Assembly: GCA_036785375.1 (NCBI GenBank)
Contig: JAWMAR010000076.1
Coordinates: forward strand, 7,564,001-7,628,000
Source: Leucoraja ocellata
Lineage: Eukaryota
Direction of reading: 5' to 3'
Length of the DNA stretch: 64,000 nt
Shown one piece after another: positions 52,353 through 61,879 of this stretch (positions are counted from its first letter, which is position 1; each line of letters opens with the position of its first letter). Both the position numbers and the translations under genes were made by a program. The notes under the pieces are model-generated. The model was not told the DNA's origin. It ran no database searches and saw only the letters and a program-made list of their open reading frames with translations.

Positions 52353-52444
52353 TTCCAGGGTCACCTTGGCATATCGCAGCTGGTGCAGCAGGGACTATTG
52401 TCTGCTCTGTGATCTTGACCGTTGCAATTTATTGGAGTTGGTAA
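52353..52444 (+). CDS. Gene B hydrophobic/transmembrane exon with stop codon (FPGSPWHIAAGAAGTIVCSVILTVAIYWSW*)
   Basis: Acceptor ccacccctcccag|, in frame with the IgC exon; TAA at 52442-52444; donor aag|gtatgt after 52457. Homologous to the gene A TM exon. Confidence 0.82.
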
Positions 52445-53069
52445 CAATTTTGTAAAGGTATGTATGCAGTCAAGATCAAAGTCTTCACTGTTGCTCATTG
52501 TGACGGCGGAGGCCATTTATGCCTCAGCTCCATTCCGTCATTTGTTTAGATGATGACTAATCTGTTTCTCATGCATGTCTGCGTTCCATTTTCCACATGA
52601 GCCATGCCTTCAAATCTGTTGATTTCTTGAACACTCCATTTGACCCCCAGGATTTAGCTTGAGGGGAAAGCTTCCCATTGCCCTTTTTACGATTTCTGAC
52701 AACCCTGAGCCATCTGACTCCAAGGTCATGCCCTCGAGCTCAGAGGAATTTTTTTTCCACCATTTAATCTTTGAAGACCTTTAATACTTTCAAACGCTAC
52801 AATTTTGCTAAATGGAGGGAATATAGAGACTGTGTATCCTCTCCTTGTAACACTAAACCCTGTGTTAGTGCAGTGCATATTGGCCAGCACTGTCTCTAAT
52901 CTTACTCACGGCTGGTGTGGTGGCAGTTCACTCTGTCACCCCTCCTCCCTTCACCCCCCCACTCTGCTCCTTGTCATCCCCCCCCATGCATTCAGTCCAT
53001 CTCCCCTCAACCTCCCCCCCGTGCACTCTTGGTGGCTATCCGATTGCGCAGCCATTCCTGCCTATTAGG

Positions 53070-53365
53070 TACACTCACACACACATGTACACACTCACAT
53101 TCACACACACTTACACACGTACACTCACACACAAACACGCACGTAATCACTCATACACATGCACTCACACACACACATATGCATTCACACACACAGACTC
53201 ACACACACACTCACAAACACACACATACTCACACTCACAAACACACACTCACATACACACACAGACATACACTCACAGACAGAGACACTTACAAACACAC
53301 ACACATACACTCACGAACACACACACACACAAACACTTACACTCACACTAACTGACTCACACACC
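53070..53365. repeat. Compound (CA)n microsatellite
   Basis: Directly visible; it explains the His/Thr-rich spurious ORFs. Confidence 0.95.
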
Positions 53366-53993
53366 ATATATATGGCAGTAAACTCTCTTGAATTTACCCA
53401 CACGGCTCGCTACTTTGGGGCCTCGGCAGTCAGCGGCACATCCGCAATCTGCGCGACCTCTGCACTCACCGGAAATTATGCAACCTGTCCACTAAGCGGA
53501 AGTCACGAAATGAGCGGGACTTTTGAACCAGACGCAGTCGTATCTAATTAAGCATTGCAGTTTCAAGTACAGGCAGGGCAGCAGGTCAAACAACTCATTT
53601 CATTTTCATTAAGGGCCAATAAATCATTTATTCAAATACATTGCAGACTCACAGTTCAGTAGATTCCCAGTTTAGAATGAGTCGTGACCTCTCCCTCACG
53701 ACCTTGCAGAGTGACTGAGTCACGTCTAGGCATCCGGGGTTTTATAGTCCTGCCCATCCCCCCCACCCCCCCGGAAGGGGCATTACCTTCATCGTGGTGA
53801 TTGACAGGCGAGAGAATCTCAATGTCATAACTCTATTTTTCATCGATGGGAAAAATCCTCGGGACCTGATCAGTGGAGGAGGACTGTGAGTAAGAGGGCC
53901 AAAAATCATAACAATATATGGTAGCATTCTTTCTAAAATCAATATACAGTGCAGACAGGAAATGGTCAGTTTGAGACTTTTAATTATATGGAT
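53366..53993 (-). mobile_element. Probable Helitron-like non-autonomous element (5' part)
   Basis: Minus strand begins A|TCCATATAATTAAAA like the 46411/47223 copies and carries a CA tract; the 3' hairpin was not identified. Confidence 0.4.
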
Positions 53994-54323
53994 TACCAAA
54001 GGGAATCACGTTCTGTACATCAAATCTCTCGTGAGGGGGTTTGAATAAGCTGTCCATACATTACCATTCTAATTTCCACAAGACTGTCCGCTCCCCAGTG
54101 TTGCAGATGAATGAAGCAAGTGAGTATTAAACCACTGCTCTTACATAGAACATAGAACAGTACAGCACAGGGCTGACCCTTCTGCCCACAATGTCTGTGC
54201 TGAACATGATGCCGTTAAACTAATCTCCTCTGCCAGCATGTGATCCATGTCTCTCCATTTCCTGCATGCAACATGCCCATCCAAAAGCCGCTCAAACGCC
54301 ACTATATCTGCTCTTATTCACAG

Positions 54324-54490
54324 ATTTCCCCTGTGTGACTGTGTCACTGAAGACTCTGGTTTAAAGGATGCCTCCATTGCAGACGCAGGACGATCTGAAA
54401 GTGAGTGGAAAGGACTTGGTTTCATCTGAACACAGAAAGGACATTCTCCTTCCCCCCTCTGTGACATCGGAGCCATCTGTGATGGTCCCT
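54324..54490 (+). other. Gene B terminal (3'UTR) exon; 3' end not defined
   Basis: Acceptor ctcttattcacag| followed by sequence homologous to gene A 4003-3830. Confidence 0.7.
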
Positions 54491-55406
54491 GGCCTTCCCA
54501 AGAGCTGCTCCACACAGGATCCATTACTATTTATTTAATGAATTCTTTGTTTAGCACATTGCCGTGTGGCCTCAGCTTTGTCAAAGAGCTCTGAACTTGC
54601 CCAACGGTGGAATGTCAGACCAAATTCACTGTCTAATCAGGATGTTCTGCAGCTCACGTTGTGATTTGTGTCGACTGTAGAAATTCTTCTTTGGAACTAG
54701 CATGCTCTTTAGGGACTGGATGCCTTAGCAAATGTTCAGAGAAACTTCTATTTGGAGAATTGACACAGTTTGCACATTGTTATCTCTGTCCGATTTATTT
54801 AATCTCATGGGAGGCAAGGAGAGTTTTAATGCTATGAAATAACAGGAAATTCTCTTCAAACCTGTTTATTCTGTCAGCCTCTCAGATTGAGGCCCATAGT
54901 TTGATCATTGTTCCATTGCTCCAGGATATTTTACTGTCTAAGTATTAGATCAATTTCATTATTTTTATACTGTGGGAATGTAATCCATAAGGTTTTTGCA
55001 CCAAAAGGGGCAACGATATACTCAACTAATCCTAAATCCCCTGGTTCAAACATTTCTACAGATATCGCCCAGGAACGTGTAATAATCTCCAAGCGATACC
55101 CCAGTAAAACATGACACATTAGTATTAGTTTATTATTGTCACCTGTACAAGATAGAGTGAAAAACATTTTGTGTCAAATCATACTATACACGAGTACAAT
55201 CAAGCCACATACTATAGGTGGTGCAAAGGGAAAAATTTGAGAGTGCAGAATATAGTATTATACTCTAGAGATTTACAGGTGCAGAGAAAAAGTGCAATGA
55301 AGTAGGTTGGAAGATTGGGAACTACACCCTGGCTTATGGGAGGACTGATAACAACAGAGAAGAAGCTGTTCCTGCATATGAATCATTACAGCAACTCTGC
55401 ACAAAG

Positions 55407-55703
55407 ATTTAGACGAGATACAGCGTAGAAAAGAGCCCCTCGGCCTACCGAGTCCACACCAACCAGCGATCACCCCGTACACTAGCACTACCCTACACAC
55501 TAGGGACAATTTACAGAAGCCAATTAACCTACAAACACGTACACCTTTGGAGTGTGGGAGAAAACCAAAGCACCCGGAGAAAACCCACGCGGTCACAGAG
55601 AGAACGTACAACTCTGTACAGACTGCGACCTTAGTAAGGATCGAACCTGGGTCTCTGGCGCTGTAAGCCAACAACTCAACCACTGCACCACTGAGCCGCC
55701 CTG
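55407..55703 (-). mobile_element. HE1-like tRNA-derived (V-)SINE, near full length
   Basis: Minus strand ggcggctcagtggtgcagtggttgag (A box), ggttcgatcc (B box), then the HE1 core and tail. Confidence 0.85.
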
Positions 55704-56451
55704 TGCCAACGAAGATGTTGATCCCTCTTACCTCACTCCTTTACGTGTAGCCAATTCAATAAACGACTCCTCAACCAGAGGTTCAATTTCATTTCCAGTT
55801 CATCCAGAATATTTTGTAATCGTTTTATCTCAATGGGTTGGAAGTTGTAGCTATGTTTTCTTACCCCGGTCACACAATAAGCTGAGAAAATTGCACCAGA
55901 CTGCAATTTTTATTAGTTTTTAAACCACCACTTGTCAGACACTGAGACCTGTGTTATCCCAGGTAGAAAGCAGTTGTTGAATTCACCATGGTTATATTCT
56001 TCTGCTGCCAGTTCTCGCACTTCTCGGTGGTGCTACAGCAGGTGCAATCATTGGTTCCAGTGTACCACAATGCAAACAAATCTTCCAGCTTCTGCTGCTG
56101 AATGAGTGGATGCTGCTGTGATGGTAGCTGGGGTGTGTGGAGAGAGTGATGGTAGGAAGATGGGGAAGGGTGATTCCTATGCGAAAACATACCTGGGATC
56201 AAACAAGCTCAGCTTTGCCAATTTAATCAACGGCTTTGAGGGAAACGATCGGAAATGTCTGGTTATTCTGTGAGTAAATAATAACAGTTATTTTTCAGAC
56301 TAGCAGCTTGAAAATCCTGCTGCAGATTTATTTTGATGTTTCCATTACTATTGCCATAGTTTTAAGTTGGAAAGAACATAAATACTGCCGATGAAAGAGG
56401 AGGTGAATTTCTGACCAGTTCAGACACCCAGCAAAGTATGCAATAATGCTC

Positions 56452-56645
56452 AAGAAGGAACTGCAGATGCTGGAAGATCGAAGGTACACAAAAATGCTGG
56501 AGAAACTCAGCGGGTGCAGCAGCATCTATGGAGCGAAGGAAATAGGCGACAGTCTGAAGAAGGGTTTCGGCCCGAAACGTCGCCCATTTCCTTCGCTCCA
56601 TAGATGCTGCTGCACCCGCTGAGTTTCTCCAGCATTTTTGTGTAC
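56452..56645. mobile_element. Penelope inverted terminal-repeat insertion with a 14-bp TSD
   Basis: 67-bp arms 56484-56550 / 56579-56645 (one mismatch); ATGCAATAATGCTC at 56438-56451 and 56646-56659. Confidence 0.9.
56554..56581 (+). ncRNA. Minimal hammerhead ribozyme motif (Penelope type)
   Basis: CTGAAGA-A-GGGT-TTCG-GCCC-GAAAC-GTC: CUGANGA and GAAA cores, a stem II with UUCG loop, a palindromic ACGT stem III and a GUC cleavage triplet. Confidence 0.6.
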
Positions 56646-58129
56646 ATGCAATAATGCTCTCCTTGTTCAGCCAAACTTCAACAGCAAGGCAGCTTTTTGT
56701 GGAAGTTATATGAATGATTTTTTTTTTAGTCGAGCTGTTTCATCTTGATTTGCAAACTATATATTGTCATTTTCTGTTTAACATTTCACTTATTTATAGA
56801 TCAAACTCTCAGAATTATCCACGTACTACAATTCAACCATTTCCCTTTGAAAATATGATTTATGCAATCTCCTTAAAATGGTACTTAAAAAATAACTGGA
56901 AGATTGAATTCCAGGCAGCTCTAATTGATGCATTCAAGGAACGGCCAATTCAGTGGGTCAAGCAGCATCTGTGAAGGGAATGGACAAACAGAGTTTCAGA
57001 TTTCCTCCCTCCTTGCCATTACCTGCATTGAAAATCCAGATTTTTCAAAGCTGCTCTTTTTTAAATTTTGTAATAACTTGGGTGCCTGTGGTTCTTGTGC
57101 TGACCCAAACTGATCCTTGTGGAGAACGACCCATCGCCATTCTGGACACTGGAAGAAACTGCCCTAAGCCGATCGCGTTGTCCTCTATGAGTGTACTGTT
57201 ATTGGCTGGCCAATGCAGTTGAGATAATGGCATGTAATCAATTGATAATACCTCCGCACTAGAACCATTTATTGCTGGCCAGCTCTTACCTCTCCACTGC
57301 CACTCATCCCTTTAAACTGCCAATTGCTCCTCTGCTCTTTCAATCCAGGTAAAGTATCTAGGCATGAAACCTCGACTGTCCATTTATGCTGCCCGACCCA
57401 CTGAGTTTCACTGGCAGTTTTATGCTTGATAATGAGCCATTCTATAGCACCTGCCCCCACATTCCATTTTATTTAAGCATTTAAGTTTCTTCCCAATTTT
57501 TTTTTCCCATTAATGAATTAAAGCTAACACAACCTTCATTGCAGAAATAACATCCTTACTTGGACAAATAACAGTAATATGATTAATCCCACTAATTTTA
57601 TCTAAATTACCACTGATGGTGGGATTAGCCTACATGGTCATCTTGATTTAAAACTACTTTACTAGAACAAGAATCCAAAACACTTGCCACTATAACGACA
57701 TTCAAATTAACCCCTAAAACAGGATTATTTAAAATGTATTGTAAAATACTAAAACCATCCAGTGATATCTGTAGTAATGTATGACTTGGTTTTGGAAGAT
57801 TTACTCTGGTGTAATTTATACATCAGTACGTTTCCTCTTAGCCTCGATGACAGACTCATTAGTAAATGCCTGGAACATCATGGACTGTATTTAATGGTAA
57901 TTAAGAAGGAAATCAAACATTGTCCTTGTTCTGTTACAGATGAGGAGGGCATTAGTGAGATCTCACCTGGAACCGAATACGGTACAGACTTAGTCTAATT
58001 TAAAGTCCTTGGGGTTAATTTAGAAAAAGGTACTGACAGTTTAACCCTGTGATACAAGGATGGCCATCTGAGTAAAGGTAAAGTAAACTGGGGGAAGAGA
58101 GGTGGAGACTACAGACCATAAAGAAACAC

Positions 58130-58760
58130 AAGTAATAGAGGCCGTACTTTCAATGAGATGACGGCTGATCTGACCTTTACTCCACTTTTCTACTCCATCT
58201 TCATGCCTCTTGATTCCCTTTTACAGCAAAATCACTATATAAATCTTCTCCCTTGAACAGACCAGCCCTCTTGGGAAGAGGATTCAACAGATCAACCTGT
58301 CTCCAGATAAAGAAAATTCTTCTAATCTCTGACCTGAATGAGCTATCCCTTATCTTGAGGAATTTAAGAAATCTGTGTATTTTATTGAGATCACTTCTCA
58401 TCTGAGCTCAAATAGTGATCCAATCTGCTTAATTTCTTCTCAGGACAAACCCTCCATCTCACAAATCAATCTAGCAAACGTCAATAGCACTTCCTCTTTC
58501 TCAAGTATGTCCTTCCTTGGGTAAAGCTCCTAGTTCTGTGCACAGTATTTCAAACATGTTCTCAGATGGCTCTGCATCATTGTAGTAAGACCCGTCCATT
58601 ATGGTTCAACAATTCTCTTGCAATGAAGGTCAACACACAATTAGCCTTTGTCATTGCTTGCTATATCTCCATGTTAACTCCCAGTGATTTGTGTATAAGG
58701 ACACACGTCCCTCTGAACATAAGCATCTTTCCATTCATTACCATTGAAAAAAATATTTTG
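58130..58760 (-). mobile_element. Old CR1 3' fragment
   Basis: Degenerate homology to the reverse-oriented CR1 C-terminus (e.g. gcaatgaaggtcaaca, cagaactaggagc). Confidence 0.55.
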
Positions 58761-59504
58761 GCCTTGTTTAAAATTTGATAAAAGTTGAAATTTCAGTGCC
58801 AAAGATGCCTTATTTCATGCCTTGTGGAGTGGGTGATTTAAAATAATCACCCCATTGCCCTAGTTCAGTGACAAGCAGGGAATTCTCTCCAGAGGCCTGG
58901 ACAATATTTGTTCATCATTATTGAAGCCAAATTGATTGGTTATGTATTGTGCAGTGCGTTAGTGATTATGGGACCTTTCCCATGACCATACCACTGTATA
59001 TCAATATATTTCACAATTAATTGAGCTATGTGCATTGTGCATGTGCTACATTAAATAGTGTTCATGATTTATGTCATTTTCATCCGATTACCATTTTTCT
59101 TTATCTGTTGAGATTACCTTCAGAGTCATTTAACCTGTATTTTCAATGTCAGTCTTAATCTTGCTATTTCTCTTGAGGTATATATCCGGGGTGACCTACT
59201 GGATAAATTAAAAACATTCCTAACCTGTGTTTTCTTTGCTATTAGTATTTCAATTTCACAATTCCTTTTTATAGTGCCTGGCTATATAAAAGTTTGCTAT
59301 TACAGTAATTTCTCTGACACTGGACTTTATTCTGTAATGGGAATCATTAGAGTGCAGGCAGTATTGTATTGCCAGAGCAAGTAATTAAAACCTGGAGTCA
59401 TAAAAGACTGCAGTTGCTGGAATCTTGAGCAAAAAATCAAAGTGCTGGAAAAACTCACCAGGTCAGGCAGCATCTGTGGAGGGAAATGGCAAATTAGGTT
59501 TTGA

Positions 59505-60237
59505 GCCGGATGAACACATTGAATGGTAGGGCTCTGGGTAGTGTTGTGGAGCAGAAGGATCTAGGAGTACAGGTGCATAGCTCCCTGAAGGTGGAATTGC
59601 AGTTAAATTGTGTAGTCAAAAAGGCTTTTGGCACATTGGCCTTCATCAGCCGTAGTATAGAAGTTGGGAGGTCTTGTTGCAGTTGGTTAAGACGTTGGTG
59701 AGGCCACATTTATAGTATTGTGTTCAGTTCTGGGCACCATTATAGAAATATGTCAAGCTGGAAAGGGAAAGAGAAGATTTACGAGGATGTTGCCAGGGCT
59801 AGAGGGTCTGAGTTATAGGCAGAGGTTGAGTAGGCTAGGACCCTATTCCTTTAAGCGCAGGAGGATGAGTGTGATCTTATAGAGGTGTATAAGATCATGA
59901 GAAGAATTGATCAGGTAGATGCACAGAGACTCTTGCCCAGAGTAGGTGAATTAAGTTCCAGAAGACACAGGTTTATGGTGAAGGGGAAAAGATTTGATAG
60001 GAATCTGAGGGGTAACATTTTCACACAAAGGGTGGTGGATGTATGGCACAAGCTGCCAGAGGAGGTAGTTGAGTGCAGGAACTATCCCAAAATTTAAGAA
60101 GCAGTTAGACAGGTACATGGATAATACAGATTTGGAGGAATATGGACCGGATGCTGGAAGGTGGGACTAATGTAGCTGGGAGATGTTGGCCGGTGTAGGT
60201 GTTGGGCCGAAGGGCCTGTTTCCCCACTGTATCACTC
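59505..60237 (+). mobile_element. CR1 LINE 3' fragment
   Basis: Encodes TLNGRALGSVVEQKDLGVQVHSSLKV and FTQRVVDVW; tail gggccgaagggcctgtttcc. Confidence 0.88.
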
Positions 60238-61317
60238 TGATATTACTACTGGCTGGCTGATGCATTTGGGATAATTACATGCAATATATAGATCAAACCT
60301 CGTCTCCTGGATCCACCTATAGCTCTTGCACCTCCACATCCCCTCTCACCTCTACTTCAGTCCAGGTAAAGGATCCCAACCAGAAATATCTGTTCATTAC
60401 CTCCATTCCACGCTGATGCTGCCTAACTCATAAAGTTTTTCCAGTACTTTTTTTAATTTAAAATCTGTAAAGCCTGCAGATCTGCCTCAGTATATTCACT
60501 ACTCCATCCATCTTAAACTTGAACGGTTCTGTGCACCTTATATCTCTGAAAGCCAAGGTTACTTTCACCATTTTGGATAACCTCCAAAATATGTTGGGAT
60601 TTATCTTTATGTTGTTAACTGTTTACCTAAACCCAGAACACAGCATGTGATCCTAGGTCAATTAATTATTTCCCTTCAGCTTATTCATTTCCATGAAAGG
60701 TATTCATCTCAGAATGTAAATATTGTTGGCACGTGCTGTCCTTGAGAAGAATGTGATAAAACCACCTCCTTGAGCTGTCCAGATCTTACAGTGAATGTTC
60801 CATTGGGCAATGAGTAGAGGATCCATATCCTGATCCCAGAATGGTGAAGTAACAAAATGTATTTGTAAATCCATGTAAACATCTATCACTTTTATTTATT
60901 CGATCCAAAATGAAAAGGCGAAATGTTAATAAAATGCTAACTATTACAAGCTTTTTTAGTTGTTTGTGGCAAGAATCTTCATGTTGTATTGTCATTTGCT
61001 TTTCCGCGCATTGAAACTAATAAGGAAAATAACTCGACTGGGCTAAGTGCAGCGAGATTCGGAATCACTATTTTTCACCCATTCTAACGGGCCTCAAAGC
61101 ATTGTGTGTGCCGATTTTAGAAACTGTCATACAAGTAATGAAAATAGGGGAATGAAGCGTTTATTTACTGGTGATTAATACACACTGGGATCAGTTTCAA
61201 TACGGGCTGAAGTTAAGTACATTAACTGGAGTCAGGTGCATTAATCATCCTTGAACACTCGCTGATGTATTTCGATCGCCAATTGTACCCTCGACTGGAC
61301 AGACTGATGTGTGTGTA

Positions 61318-61490
61318 GCAAGGAACTGCAGATGCTGGTTTGAATCGAAGATAGACACAAAGTGCTGGAGTAACTCAGCGGGACAGGCAGCATCTCTGGA
61401 GAGAAGGAATGGGTGACGTTTCGGGTCGAGACCCCTTCTTCAGACTGAAAGTCACGGGAAAGGGACTTTCCAGCATCTGCAGTTCCTTCC
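61318..61490 (-). mobile_element. Penelope terminal fragment with hammerhead motif (61415-61443) and a short inverted end
   Basis: Minus strand reads ctgaagaaggggtctcgacccgaaacgtc; aaggaactgcagatgctgg / ccagcatctgcagttcctt form inverted ends. Confidence 0.75.
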
Positions 61491-61879
61491 TAAGCATTGC
61501 CCTCTCCTTCATGCCATTTTTAATGTTTGAAATGCAGGCCATTGAAATATTACCCTGACAGCAAGCAAACATTTGCTAAAATTAATTCCATCCTAGGCTG
61601 TAAGCCAAAGCTCTCATCCGTCCCCCTCAAAAAAGACTGGTTGCATGCTCCGATCCCATTCTAAGTTAGTATTTCAGAAAATTTTCAATTACCATACCAA
61701 ATCATTCCCTTGATAGTTTTCCTCATTTCTATCTTCAAACATAGAAACCAACCCGACCCGACCCGACTCTGCCCTATGATCTTTGCTGATTACACATTCC
61801 ACGGAAGACGGGTCAGGTTTGCTAAAATGGCGGACGTCCTGCCCTGTTCCATACTCTCGGGTCAGTACTGTCAGGACAG

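Noticed and set aside
52915-53551. His/Thr-rich ORFs
   Set aside because: They are translations of a (CA)n microsatellite; the same applies to 46400-46875.
55987-56041. Signal-peptide-like frame HGYILLLPVLALLGGATAG as the leader of a third paralog
   Set aside because: There is an in-frame TGA just upstream with no Met, the donor is weak, and no further Ig exon was seen in the window.
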